A DNA stretch of 64,000 nucleotides from Nanobdellota archaeon (lineage in GTDB: Archaea; Nanobdellota; Nanobdellia; Woesearchaeales; UBA583): the NCBI GenBank assembly GCA_048625195.1, contig JBMCRE010000002.1, positions 1,747 through 65,746 on the forward strand, in the 5' to 3' direction. A program made the position numbers and the translations under genes. The notes beneath the pieces were generated by a model, which did no database searches, was not told where the DNA came from, and was given only the letters and a program-made list of their open reading frames with translations. Shown piece by piece: positions 8,587 to 18,675 of this stretch (position 1 is its first letter; the number at the start of each line of letters is the position of its first letter).

Positions 8587-9447
8587 ATGGTATCTTTCTC
8601 GCCAATAACTTTACTTAGTGCTTTAATTTCTGTATTTGCAATAACAATTGTTTTTTCTATCTTTAAAAAAGTATTACAAGAAAAGTATAGAAGACCATGG
8701 TTGTTTATAGGATTATCTACAATATTTATCGGAGTCAATCAACTTTTAAGATTTTTCTATGACTTTTTTAACTTTTATATAATTAATTCTCAAATCACTT
8801 TAGCTATAACATATATTTTAGACTTTATAGCAATTGTAATTTTAACTTATGCCTTATTATTAGAATTTTTAATTTTAAAATTTTATAAAGGTAAATTTAT
8901 TAAAATGAAATTTATCCCTGTTCAAGAAGGAACATTAGGAGGAGAAATTGACTTAAATGTTTCTAATGGTAATAGTTATTTCATATTTAAAAAAAAACGA
9001 GAATATTTTCTTCAACAATTTACACAAGCAACCAAAAAAGGTTTTGAAGGGTTCTTAATTACTGAAGAAAATCCTAAGGAAATTAGAAAAAAATATTTAT
9101 TACAAAAAACTCCTATTGGATGGATAAGCCATATAGATAAAGAAATAAACTCGAATTATTTAAAAGATTCATTGGATGAGAATTCTGATATTATTGATCC
9201 TATACAATTAAATAATTTAATTAATTTTATTGATAATTTCTTAGAACAAGCTGAAAATCCATTTTTACTTTTAGAGTTAAACTTGATTTTAAGAACAAAT
9301 AATTATGCTGTCACTTTGGAATTTTTAAAATATATTTCACAAAGAGTAAAAAATTATAATGGTATATTAATATTGATGTTGAATATTGATGTTTTGAGAA
9401 AGGATCAAATAGAAGAAATTAAACAATTTAATTTAGAAATTGAATAA
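8587..9447 (+). CDS. DUF835-domain membrane protein
   Basis: Three N-terminal TM helices, then a C-terminal domain resembling archaeal DUF835: GFLITEENPKEIRKKY...IGWISH...IDPIQLNNLINFIDNFL...PFLLLELNLIL...LEFLKYI. Confidence 0.6.
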   Translation: MVSFSPITLLSALISVFAITIVFSIFKKVLQEKYRRPWLFIGLSTIFIGVNQLLRFFYDFFNFYIINSQITLAITYILDFIAIVILTYALLLEFLILKFYKGKFIKMKFIPVQEGTLGGEIDLNVSNGNSYFIFKKKREYFLQQFTQATKKGFEGFLITEENPKEIRKKYLLQKTPIGWISHIDKEINSNYLKDSLDENSDIIDPIQLNNLINFIDNFLEQAENPFLLLELNLILRTNNYAVTLEFLKYISQRVKNYNGILILMLNIDVLRKDQIEEIKQFNLEIE

Positions 9448-9460
9448 ATAATTTTGTTTT

Positions 9461-9748
9461 TTATTTGTACCCTTTTATTATTTTAGAGGTATTAATATTT
9501 ATGTCTGTATTATCCCAAACTAATTCATCTTTATAGTAAATTTGTTTTATTCTTAAAAATATTATTTTATGTTTTTTATTATTATCGTCATAAATTGTGC
9601 AAGCAATTGGAGAATGACCAATATTTATATTTTTAATGTTAATCATAATTTGAGAATTTTCTTTATTAATATATATAATCTTATGTCCTTCTATATTGTT
9701 ATTATGATAGAGAGTATATAAGAATTTATGTGTATCAAATTTTTCCAT
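9461..9748 (-). CDS. small protein, possibly DUF504/MJ1316-like
   Basis: 95 aa, starting 4 nt after the dnaJ stop. The C-terminal HKIIFLRIKQIYYKDELVWDN resembles the IPxHRI...vW motif. The match is weak. Confidence 0.35.
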   Translation of the reverse strand: MEKFDTHKFLYTLYHNNNIEGHKIIYINKENSQIMINIKNINIGHSPIACTIYDDNNKKHKIIFLRIKQIYYKDELVWDNTDININTSKIIKGYK

Positions 9749-9752
9749 ATTT

Positions 9753-10883
9753 TTATGTGAAAAGTTTTTTTATTTTATTTAATAAAGATTTATCATTGAG
9801 TGTTTTAACATATTCGTGAAGAATCTTTTTTTGTTCTTTTGTGGTTTTTTTAGGTATTTCTATATTTATTTTTATATATAAATCTCCATAATGATTTTGA
9901 TTCAAGTAAGGAAGTCCTTTATTTCTTAACCTTAAAATTGTTCCTGGCTGTGTTCCTGAAGGAATATTTATACTTAAATCTTTATCAAAAAAATCAATTT
10001 CTACCTCATCACCAATTATTGCTTGAATGAAATTAATATTAATATTTTTGTATAAATCGGCACCTTCAACATCAAATTTGGATGATTCTTTCACAAAAAC
10101 CTTTAAATATAAATCTGCATATGACTTTCTTGATGTATCATAATTGCCTTTTTGGGAAACTCTTATGGTCATACCATTTTCTATACCTTTTGGTATTGTT
10201 ACTTCTATTTCTTCTTTTTGTTTAATAGTTCCTTTACCATTACACTTGTCACATGGATTGATTATTTTTTCTCCTTTACCTTCACAATCTGGACAAGTTC
10301 TTTGAGTTCTAATTTGTCCTAGTATTGATCTTTGAGTTTCTATTATAATACCGCTCCCCTCACAAGTTGTACATTTCTCTACATCAGAAGATGATTTTGC
10401 ACCTATTCCATCACAACTAGAACATTTAATATCTCTGTTTAATTTAATTTCCTTTTTTGTTCCAAAATATACATCCTCTAGACTTATTTCTATTTCATCA
10501 TATAACGTATTGTCTTTCTGCGGTTTTCTTCTTGAGCTAAAACCACCTCTGCTGTCACCAAATCCTCCAAATCCAAATTGTTCAAAAATATCATCTAGAT
10601 TTATACCAAAGTCTGAAGGATCAAAACCTTGTGACCCCCCACCAAATCCTCCAAATCCTGATGGACCATCCGCACTTCCATAAGTATCATACTGTTGTCT
10701 TTTTTGATCGTCCAACAAAACACTTGCTGCATCATTTATTTCTTTAAATTTTTGTTCTGCATCTGATGCTTGTGAAATATCTGGATGATACTTCTTTGCT
10801 AATTTTTTATATGCTTTTTTAATCTCTTCTTTGGATGCACTTTTGCTAACACCTAAAATATCATAATAGTCTTTGTTTGCCAT
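9753..10883 (-). CDS. dnaJ: molecular chaperone DnaJ (Hsp40)
   Basis: J domain with HPD (KKYHPDIS), a G/F-rich linker and four CxxCxGxG zinc-finger repeats. No dnaK or grpE is adjacent. Confidence 0.95.
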   Translation of the reverse strand: MANKDYYDILGVSKSASKEEIKKAYKKLAKKYHPDISQASDAEQKFKEINDAASVLLDDQKRQQYDTYGSADGPSGFGGFGGGSQGFDPSDFGINLDDIFEQFGFGGFGDSRGGFSSRRKPQKDNTLYDEIEISLEDVYFGTKKEIKLNRDIKCSSCDGIGAKSSSDVEKCTTCEGSGIIIETQRSILGQIRTQRTCPDCEGKGEKIINPCDKCNGKGTIKQKEEIEVTIPKGIENGMTIRVSQKGNYDTSRKSYADLYLKVFVKESSKFDVEGADLYKNININFIQAIIGDEVEIDFFDKDLSINIPSGTQPGTILRLRNKGLPYLNQNHYGDLYIKINIEIPKKTTKEQKKILHEYVKTLNDKSLLNKIKKLFT

Positions 10884-10975
10884 TTTTATTTTTATTAATA
10901 CTTAATTAAATATAAACTTATATTTATTTATAAAAGTTTTCTCAAAAAAGGAAAAATGATGATAAAATTAGTATT

Positions 10976-12091
10976 TTATAAATAATCTATATTTAATTCA
11001 AATTGTTCAGAGGATGGATCTTCTTCTATTAATGTAGGAATTAAATCTAATGATTTTAATATTTCACTAAATTGTTCAATGTGTTCTGGGTAAGTAATTA
11101 ATCTAAGTTTTTTTTTATCTATTGTAATATCTAAACCTTCCTTTGTTAAAAAATCTTTTTTTTCTTTTAATTGATTTAAAATTTGAGTTTTATCGTATAT
11201 TTTAGTTTTTAATTCATATGAATTAAAATTTTTTAAATATATTATTCCTCTGTATAATGTACCTTCTTTTGTAATTATATCGTATTTTGTTTTAACATTT
11301 TGAGCTCTAAGTTTTAAACGATTTGTCATTTGAACTTTATCTTTTAATTTTGCACTACAATAATGAACATTAAATGCTTTATTTTTACAATATCTTAATA
11401 TTTTATTTGCTAAGTTTTGAGAACCTTTTATTGCATAACTTATATCTGATTTTGTTATAAATTTTTGTTTATCCATATTCTCAAATGAATATTCTGAAGT
11501 TTCAAATTCATTTAAGTTTAAAAAATTTATTTTTCTATTAAAATAATCACATATTTCTTTGATTTCTTTTTCTTTATTAGGAATACAAGGTATTTCTATT
11601 CCTATATCCCATTTATATTTTTGTGCAAATTCTATTTTTTCCCATAATGATTTATCATCTAAATCTGGATGAAATCTTATTTCATCTAATCCTTGATTAT
11701 ATAGTTTTTTTAAATTATCTTGTGTAACTAAATCAAAACTAGTATATAAGTGGATATGAAAATTTTTAGAAAAGTTTTGTTTTAAAATTTTAATATACTT
11801 AAGAGTTCTATCTAATTTAATTAATGGGTCTCCGCCTGTTATCCCTGCACCTTTAGATTGACAAAGTTTAACTTCTTTTATTAAATCATCTAGACTATCT
11901 GTTTCCCATTCGTTTAAAAATATAATATCCTTGTTTTTTCTTTTTTCAGATAAAGGACAAAACCAACATTTTCTTGGACAAAGTCCTGTTATGTATAAAA
12001 CTAATTTTTCTCCTTTAATACACATTTGACATCCTTTTGCTAATTTACCTAATTTTTTTGAATAAAAAGGAGTTGTTTTAATTTCTCTCAT
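10976..12091 (-). CDS. radical SAM domain protein (PFL-activase-related type)
   Basis: CPRKCWFCP (CxxxCxxC cluster motif) near the N-terminus, preceded by a CxxC, with a GGDP glycine-rich block. Confidence 0.8.
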   Translation of the reverse strand: MREIKTTPFYSKKLGKLAKGCQMCIKGEKLVLYITGLCPRKCWFCPLSEKRKNKDIIFLNEWETDSLDDLIKEVKLCQSKGAGITGGDPLIKLDRTLKYIKILKQNFSKNFHIHLYTSFDLVTQDNLKKLYNQGLDEIRFHPDLDDKSLWEKIEFAQKYKWDIGIEIPCIPNKEKEIKEICDYFNRKINFLNLNEFETSEYSFENMDKQKFITKSDISYAIKGSQNLANKILRYCKNKAFNVHYCSAKLKDKVQMTNRLKLRAQNVKTKYDIITKEGTLYRGIIYLKNFNSYELKTKIYDKTQILNQLKEKKDFLTKEGLDITIDKKKLRLITYPEHIEQFSEILKSLDLIPTLIEEDPSSEQFELNIDYL

Positions 12092-12322
12092 GTTTATTGT
12101 TAATTGATTTTAATTTAAATATTTAGTTAAATTTTTTTGTTTTTTATGCTTAGATAGAATTAATTTGAATATTAATTGTTTTCTATATTTTTAACTTTTA
12201 AAATTAATGTATCAACTATTTTTTGTAAATAATCAATTTCTATAATTAATTTCTAACTAATTATTAAATATTAATTAATATAAAAAAAGTAATATAATAA
12301 TTATTAAAACTGAAACTCTATA

Positions 12323-12330
12323 TTTATAAA
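12323..12330 (+). promoter_or_regulatory. TATA box (TTTATAAA)
   Basis: The first T lies 34 nt upstream of the ATG at 12357. Confidence 0.4.
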
Positions 12331-12356
12331 TAAAAAAATGTTTTATATAATATAAA

Positions 12357-13160
12357 ATGAGTCAGAAAAAAGATGTTATAATAAAAGTTTCAAATTTAAC
12401 TAAAAAATTTAAAGATTTTAAAGCTGTAGATAATATTTCTTTTGAAGTGAAAAAAGGAGAAATATTTGCATTTTTAGGACCAAATGGTGCTGGAAAGTCT
12501 ACAACTATAAAAATATTAACTACTTTATTAAAACAAGATGAAGGAAGCGTGATTATTAATGGTTTTGATAATATTAAAGATCAAGATGATGTAAGAAAAT
12601 CTTTTGGTATTATTTTTCAAGATCCAAGTTTAGATATAGAATTAACTGCATATGAAAATATGAATTTCCACGCTGTATTATATAATATACCTAAAAATGA
12701 TAGGAAAAATCGAATTGAAACATTATTAGATTTTGTAGGCTTAAAAGAATGGGAAAATTCTATAGTAAAAACATTTTCTGGTGGAATGAAAAGAAGACTT
12801 GAAATAGCAAGAGGATTATTACATAAACCTAATATTTTATTTTTAGATGAACCTACTTTAGGATTAGATACACAAACTAGAAGATTTTTATGGAAACATT
12901 TAGAAAAGATAAAATCTGAAGAAAAAATGACTATTTTTATGACTACACATTATTTAGATGAAGCTCAAAATATTGCAGATAAAATTGTTGTAATTGATAG
13001 AGGAAAAATAGTTGCTTATGGAAATGTGAAAGAGATTGAAAAACAAACTAATACTAACTCCTTAGAAGAAGCATATTTGAAATTAACAGGAAGTGAAATA
13101 AGAAAAGAGAATGCTAATAAAAATGATTTTATTAAAATGGTTAAAGGAGGTAGAAGATAA
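12357..13160 (+). CDS. ABC transporter ATP-binding protein (ABC-2/DrrA-like)
   Basis: Walker A GPNGAGKST, signature FSGGMKRRLEIA, Walker B ILFLDEPT. Confidence 0.9.
   Translation: MSQKKDVIIKVSNLTKKFKDFKAVDNISFEVKKGEIFAFLGPNGAGKSTTIKILTTLLKQDEGSVIINGFDNIKDQDDVRKSFGIIFQDPSLDIELTAYENMNFHAVLYNIPKNDRKNRIETLLDFVGLKEWENSIVKTFSGGMKRRLEIARGLLHKPNILFLDEPTLGLDTQTRRFLWKHLEKIKSEEKMTIFMTTHYLDEAQNIADKIVVIDRGKIVAYGNVKEIEKQTNTNSLEEAYLKLTGSEIRKENANKNDFIKMVKGGRR
13146..13150 (+). promoter_or_regulatory. Shine-Dalgarno-like site (GGAGG) for the permease gene
   Basis: The GGAGG ends 9 nt upstream of the ATG at 13160. The upstream stop and this start overlap by 1 nt (TAATG). Confidence 0.5.
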
Positions 13161-13906
13161 TGGGAGCAATTAATATTATGTGGAAAAGACAATTAATTAG
13201 ATTTAGTAGATCTAAACCAAGAATTATTATTTCATTAATACAACCAATGCTTTTTTTAGTAGCTTTTGGATTTGGTTTTGGACCTATTTTTGAAGCTGCT
13301 GGTGGAATTGATTATATTAATTTTTTAGCTCCTGGAATAATTGCAATGACTATATTGTTTGGCTCTGTTATGAATGGAGTAGAAACTATTTTAGATAAAC
13401 AATTTGGATTTTTAAAAGAAACTTTAGTTGCACCTGTTAAAAGATGGAAAATTATGTTAGGAAGAGCATTAGGAGGAGCAACAGTTGGTTTTATACAAGG
13501 TTTTTTTGTTTTTTTAATTACATTATTATTTGGATTTAGACCTGTTAATTATATTAATTTAATTTTTGTTTTTATTGTAATGTTTTTAATTGCATTATTA
13601 TTTTCATCTCTAGGTATTGCTCTTGCTGCAAAATTAGATGATATGCAAGCTTTTCCTTTAATTATGAATTTGTTAGTGATGCCAATATTTTTTTTATCAG
13701 GAGCTTTATTTCCAATTAGTAATTTGCCTGTTTTATTACAAAAAATTATAATAGTTAATCCTTTAGTTTATGGAGTCGATGCATTAAGAGGATTATTAAC
13801 TGGTGTTTATAGTATTGGTTTATTATATAATCTTATAGTGTTGTTAATAGTAATATTTATTATGATTATGATTGGAGCTTGGAATTTTACAAAAATAGAA
13901 ACATAA
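13160..13906 (+). CDS. ABC-2 type transporter permease
   Basis: Six predicted TM segments, translationally coupled to the ABC ATPase. The overall pattern is typical of ABC-2 permeases. Confidence 0.8.
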   Translation: MGAINIMWKRQLIRFSRSKPRIIISLIQPMLFLVAFGFGFGPIFEAAGGIDYINFLAPGIIAMTILFGSVMNGVETILDKQFGFLKETLVAPVKRWKIMLGRALGGATVGFIQGFFVFLITLLFGFRPVNYINLIFVFIVMFLIALLFSSLGIALAAKLDDMQAFPLIMNLLVMPIFFLSGALFPISNLPVLLQKIIIVNPLVYGVDALRGLLTGVYSIGLLYNLIVLLIVIFIMIMIGAWNFTKIET

Positions 13907-14128
13907 TGTTTTTTGTTTTTATTTTTTGTTTTTATTTAATTAATTTATTTTGAATATATTTTTAATGTTTTTTTATGTTTTTTATGTTTTGAAATATTAA
14001 CATTGTTTTAAAAATTTGAAAATAATTTAAGAGCAAAATATTTAAAGAAAAATGAATTATTTATTTTTACTTGAATTAATTAATATATTAGTATTGTTTT
14101 ATTTGAAGTTGATTATTAATAAAATATT

Positions 14129-14211
14129 GGCAAGATCGCATAATCCGGTATTGCGCTACCCTGGAAAGGTAGTCCCTGATGGGATTCTGGGTTCAAATCC
14201 CAGTCTTGCCG
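14129..14211 (+). tRNA. tRNA-Ser (anticodon GGA), class II with long variable arm
   Basis: Acceptor stem GGCAAGA/TCTTGCC with discriminator G. Anticodon stem CTACC/GGTAG around loop CTGGAAA. Variable arm TCCC-TGAT-GGGA. T arm CTGGG-TTCAAAT-CCCAG. No encoded CCA and no intron. Confidence 0.9.
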
Positions 14212-14217
14212 TTTTTT
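14212..14217 (+). terminator. oligo-T tract after tRNA-Ser
   Basis: A T6 run follows the discriminator base directly. Oligo-T is the usual archaeal termination signal. Confidence 0.45.
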
Positions 14218-14340
14218 AAAATTAAATACTTGTTGTATAATCTTAATTCTATTTGATTTTTTATATTATTAATAATGATAAAAAAAATTATCTGATTATC
14301 AATTGTCTTCTCAATGTTACTACTTAAAAAAACAACAACT

Positions 14341-14348
14341 TTTATAAA
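14341..14348 (+). promoter_or_regulatory. orphan TATA box (TTTATAAA) with no annotated gene downstream
   Basis: Same box as the gene promoters. The first T lies 31 nt upstream of an ATG at 14372, which opens only a 22-codon ORF (see findings). Confidence 0.4.
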
Positions 14349-14587
14349 TTAATTAATCTTCTTTAAATGTTATGGTACAGGGAAATATCATTAAATATAG
14401 AAAAGTGACTCAAAATAGAGAGCTTATTATTTTTAATTAAATTGTAATGAGTTCCCTGTTTTAAATTCATTTTTTTTAAGGCTTTATTAAAGACTAACTT
14501 ATGGTTATTATTTTTAATAGAGAAAATTTAAGTAATAAACTTATGAGAAGAACTCAAAAAGTTCTTTAAAGTTAAAAGATACTTATC

Positions 14588-14592
14588 AGGAG
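14588..14592 (+). promoter_or_regulatory. Shine-Dalgarno-like site (AGGAG)
   Basis: The AGGAG ends 11 nt upstream of the ATG at 14604. Confidence 0.35.
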
Positions 14593-14603
14593 ACAAAATA
14601 AAA

Positions 14604-16415
14604 ATGACAAAAGATAGTAGAAAAAATAATCTACTCTTGTTATTTGTAAGAAAATTAAAACATAATCCTTTTGTGTTTCTTACTAGTCAAACTTGGAAGT
14701 ATTCTGCAGGCAATAGAGCAATATTTTTGCTTTTTGTTATACTACAAATCGGTACTAATGTTACTGTTTTCCTTGAACCATTAGTGTTAGCAAAATTATT
14801 AAATACAATTCAAGAACAAGGTGTTGTAAGAGATAATATAGTAAATTTATTGATGATCTTAAGTATTTATTTCATACTTGAGTTTGTAGCTTGGCTATTT
14901 CATGGACCTGCAAGAATACTTGAAGAAAAAAATGCATTTTATGTTGGTGTTGAATTTAGAAAAAAAATGTTAAAAGGTATTTTACATTTACCTATGATGT
15001 GGCATCAAGAACAACATAGTGGAGATTTAATAGATAAACTTTCAAAATCATATAATGCAATTAGAGAATATTCACAAGATATCTCTGAATTGCAAAGAAT
15101 TTTTATAAGATTTATATCAGCATTTATTGCACTTGTTTTCTTTAATTTAAATGCTGCATATATTATTATATTTGCAATGATAATGGCAGTTATTATTGTC
15201 TCACAATTTGATAGAAAAATTATGAAAAGATATGATAAAATAAATAAGTTTGAAAATAGTATTGCTGCAAAAGTTCATGACACTCTTACAAATATTTCAA
15301 GTGTAATTATATTACATATAGAAAAGTTAATGTTCAGGAACTTATATCATAAAATGAATGAACCACTAAAAATTACTATTTCAACTCAAAAACTTGAAGA
15401 ATTTAAATGGTTCTTTGTATCAATGGTTGTTGTTTTGATGAAAATAGTAGTTATTGGTTCATATATTGTTATAATTTACCTGTCAGATGAAGCTCTTTTA
15501 ATTGGAACTTTAACTGCTTTGTACTTATATGTTGACCAAATTACTCATGTCTTTTATGAAATGACTTGGAGATATGGTTATTTAGTTAAAAAAAAAGTAC
15601 AACTTGAAAACATTGTACCTGTTACTAATGAATTTAATAAACATAAAATTAAAAAAGAGTTTCAAATACAAAATGATTGGAAAAAAATTGATATTAAAGG
15701 ATTAACATTTGATTATGAAAATAATTATAAGAATCCTGTTTTAAATGATATTAATTTGACAATTAAAAAAGGTGAAAAAATTGCTTTAATTGGTGAGAGT
15801 GGTTGTGGTAAAACTACAATACTTAAATTAATCAGAGGACTTTATGAACCAATGAAACTTGAATTATGCGTAAATAATAAATTCAAAGGTAATGACTTTA
15901 GTAAAATATCAGATAGTGTTATGCTTATTCCTCAAGATCCTGAGGTGTTTGCAACAACAATTAGAGAAAATGTTACTATGGGAATTTCATTTCCAAAAGG
16001 AAGTGTTGAGAAATATACTAATATGGCTAGATTTATACATGTAGTTGATAGATTGCCTAAAGGTTTCGAATCAGAAGTTAATGAAAAAGGAGTAAACCTT
16101 AGTGGTGGTGAGAGACAAAGACTTGCTTTATCAAGAGCACTTCTTGCTGCAAACGGTAAACAAATACTATTAATGGATGAATCTACAAGTTCAGTAGATC
16201 CACATAATGAAATGTTGATTTATGAGCAAGTATTTGAAGATTTCCAAGATAGAACAGTTATTGCAACAATTCATAAGTTTAATTTATTGAAATATTTCGA
16301 TAGAATTATAATGTTTGAAAAAGGACAAATTGTTGCAAATGGTACATTTGAAGAATTAATACAAAATAATAAAAGTTTTGCTAAAAAATGGAAAAAATAT
16401 GAAAATTCCATTTAA
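14604..16415 (+). CDS. ABC exporter, fused permease/ATPase (MsbA/MdlB-like)
   Basis: N-terminal six-TM domain. C-terminal NBD with Walker A GESGCGKTT, signature LSGGERQRLALSRAL and Walker B LLMDESTSSVD. Confidence 0.9.
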   Translation: MTKDSRKNNLLLLFVRKLKHNPFVFLTSQTWKYSAGNRAIFLLFVILQIGTNVTVFLEPLVLAKLLNTIQEQGVVRDNIVNLLMILSIYFILEFVAWLFHGPARILEEKNAFYVGVEFRKKMLKGILHLPMMWHQEQHSGDLIDKLSKSYNAIREYSQDISELQRIFIRFISAFIALVFFNLNAAYIIIFAMIMAVIIVSQFDRKIMKRYDKINKFENSIAAKVHDTLTNISSVIILHIEKLMFRNLYHKMNEPLKITISTQKLEEFKWFFVSMVVVLMKIVVIGSYIVIIYLSDEALLIGTLTALYLYVDQITHVFYEMTWRYGYLVKKKVQLENIVPVTNEFNKHKIKKEFQIQNDWKKIDIKGLTFDYENNYKNPVLNDINLTIKKGEKIALIGESGCGKTTILKLIRGLYEPMKLELCVNNKFKGNDFSKISDSVMLIPQDPEVFATTIRENVTMGISFPKGSVEKYTNMARFIHVVDRLPKGFESEVNEKGVNLSGGERQRLALSRALLAANGKQILLMDESTSSVDPHNEMLIYEQVFEDFQDRTVIATIHKFNLLKYFDRIIMFEKGQIVANGTFEELIQNNKSFAKKWKKYENSI

Positions 16416-16683
16416 AAACTTTGAAAAAGTAATACTTTCATAAGGTAAAGTTTGTAAAGATTTAAAACTTAAATTTTAAAAACATCTTATGAAAAAATTA
16501 CTGATTTTTTCAAAGTTTTTATTTTAATTTATTGTTTATAATTTTGTTATATCAAATCTATTTATAAATACAATATCATCAAATATATATTTTTTAAATC
16601 CACTAAACTATCATCTAGCATATTTGAAATAGTTTTTAATTTTAATAAATTATATAAATAGACTAAACTTATTTTTATATAAA

Positions 16684-17940
16684 ATGTTTAATAAAATAAA
16701 AGGAAAATTAAAAAATGTGTTTTCTAAAAGCCAAAAAGAAATCTTTGATGAGGATGAAATTAAAGATGATGGAACACAAGATGTTGAAGATAATATTGAA
16801 AAAAAAATTGAAGATAATGAAAAAGAAAATATTGATGTTGACAATAAAAGTGATTTAGAAAAAGATGATATTGAAGATGATGATATTAAAAATTCTAAAA
16901 TAAATAAAAATAATGAAGAAAAAAAAGAAAAAAATGATAAAACTCAAAAAGAAGATATTGATGTTAAAGATAAAAATAATTTAGAAGAAGATGGTATTGA
17001 AGATGATAAGAATGATATTGAAGAAATAGAGAAACCTAAAAAACAAGGATTTTTTTCTAGTACATTTTCTAAAGTTACTTCTAAAACATTAAGCGAAGAT
17101 GATTTTGATAAAATATGGTTAGAACTTGAAATATTTTTGTTAGAAATTAATATTGCATATGAAATAGTAGAAGAAATAGAAAAAACTTTAAGAGATAGTA
17201 TCTTAGGAGAAAAATTTGATAGATTTTCTTTATCTAAAAAAATTAGAGAAGTATTAATTGAAAAGGTAAGTGAAGTTTTAAAATCAAAAGAATCTAATTT
17301 TTTAGAGAAAATAAAAGAAGTTAAAAAAACTGATAATGTAGTTAAAATTATTGTAATTGGTGTGAACGGTACAGGTAAAACTACAACGATTGCAAAGATG
17401 GTACAATATTTAAGAGATAATGATTTATCTTGTGTTGTTGCTGCAAGTGATACATTTAGAGCTGCGGCAATAGAACAATTAGAGGAACATTCTAAAGCGT
17501 TAAATTTTAAATTAATTAAACATAAAGGTGGTTCTGATCCTGCTGCTGTTGCTTATGACACAATAGAACATGCAAAAGCTAAAGGTTTAGATGTTGCTAT
17601 TATAGATACTGCTGGGAGAATGCCAAATAATTCTAATTTAATGCAAGAATTATCTAAGATTGAAAGAGTAACTAAGTCTCATTTAAATATTTTTATAGGA
17701 GATAGTGTTTCAGGAAATGATTTAATTGAACAAATAGAATTATTTGGTAAAATTTTAAAAATTGATGGATTAATTTTAACAAAAACTGATACTGATGAAA
17801 GACCTGGGTCTGTAGTTACTGCTGCTTATTCTATTGATAAACCTATTTACTTTTTAGGTATTGGACAAAAATATGATGATTTAGTAGTATTTGATTCTAA
17901 ACAAGTTGCTCAAAAACTTTTTGAATTAGAAGAAGAATAA
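16684..17940 (+). CDS. ftsY: signal recognition particle receptor FtsY
   Basis: Long acidic low-complexity N-terminus, then an NG domain: GVNGTGKTTT, DTFRAAA, DTAGR, TKTD. Confidence 0.9.
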   Translation: MFNKIKGKLKNVFSKSQKEIFDEDEIKDDGTQDVEDNIEKKIEDNEKENIDVDNKSDLEKDDIEDDDIKNSKINKNNEEKKEKNDKTQKEDIDVKDKNNLEEDGIEDDKNDIEEIEKPKKQGFFSSTFSKVTSKTLSEDDFDKIWLELEIFLLEINIAYEIVEEIEKTLRDSILGEKFDRFSLSKKIREVLIEKVSEVLKSKESNFLEKIKEVKKTDNVVKIIVIGVNGTGKTTTIAKMVQYLRDNDLSCVVAASDTFRAAAIEQLEEHSKALNFKLIKHKGGSDPAAVAYDTIEHAKAKGLDVAIIDTAGRMPNNSNLMQELSKIERVTKSHLNIFIGDSVSGNDLIEQIELFGKILKIDGLILTKTDTDERPGSVVTAAYSIDKPIYFLGIGQKYDDLVVFDSKQVAQKLFELEEE

Positions 17941-18035
17941 TTGTTTTTTATCTAATTTATTTTTTAATATTATTTGTGTTTATTTTTCAAGTTTGAAACA
18001 CATATTTTTTTAAATAAATTAGTTTTTTAATATTT

Positions 18036-18614
18036 ATGAGAAGATTTATAGTTTATTCTAAAAATGCATCTACCTCACCTATAATTAGAGATTTGAAATC
18101 TGCTGGTAGAATAGATGTTTTATTACATTCTATTATCTCTGCTTTGTTTTGCTCTAATACTTTTAGAAATGATGTAGAATTGCATTTAATATTGATGGGT
18201 CCCCCTAGTTCACCAAGACATATAACTATCAAATATGATGTTGATAATACTATTTCTAAAAAAAATTTGAAAAAATTGATTGAAATTGCTCTAAAAAAAG
18301 CAAGAAAAAATGAAGTAAGAAAAGTTCATCCTGGTGTGTTTGTTGATGATAAAAATATTGTTGAAATTGTTGAAGGTATACAAGAAGAAACTAAAAATAT
18401 TTATTTATTAGATACTTTTGGAGAACATATTTTTAATATAAATAAACAAAAAGATTTTGAAAATCCCGTATTTATTTTAGGTGACCATGAAGGATTAGAT
18501 AAACAAATTAAAAAATATCTGAAAAAAAATGTTAAAAGATTATCATTAGGATCAAAAATATATTTTACATCACAATCTATAACTATTTTAAATTATGAAT
18601 TAGATAATCTTTAA
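18036..18614 (+). CDS. trmY: tRNA (pseudouridine54-N1)-methyltransferase TrmY (SPOUT, DUF358)
   Basis: MRRFIV...LKSAGRIDVLLHSIISALFCSNTFRNDVELHLILMGPP matches the TrmY N-terminal signature (GR.D...R...S...R.D). Confidence 0.7.
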   Translation: MRRFIVYSKNASTSPIIRDLKSAGRIDVLLHSIISALFCSNTFRNDVELHLILMGPPSSPRHITIKYDVDNTISKKNLKKLIEIALKKARKNEVRKVHPGVFVDDKNIVEIVEGIQEETKNIYLLDTFGEHIFNINKQKDFENPVFILGDHEGLDKQIKKYLKKNVKRLSLGSKIYFTSQSITILNYELDNL

Positions 18615-18675
18615 TCTATTATTAAATAGACTTTATGATTAAATTTGATTTACGAGTTAAATATTAAATAAATGA

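Noticed and set aside
14129-16683. Integrated element using tRNA-Ser as its attachment site
   Set aside because: I found no direct repeat of the tRNA 3' half downstream and no integrase gene. The neighbouring genes are an ordinary ABC exporter and ftsY.
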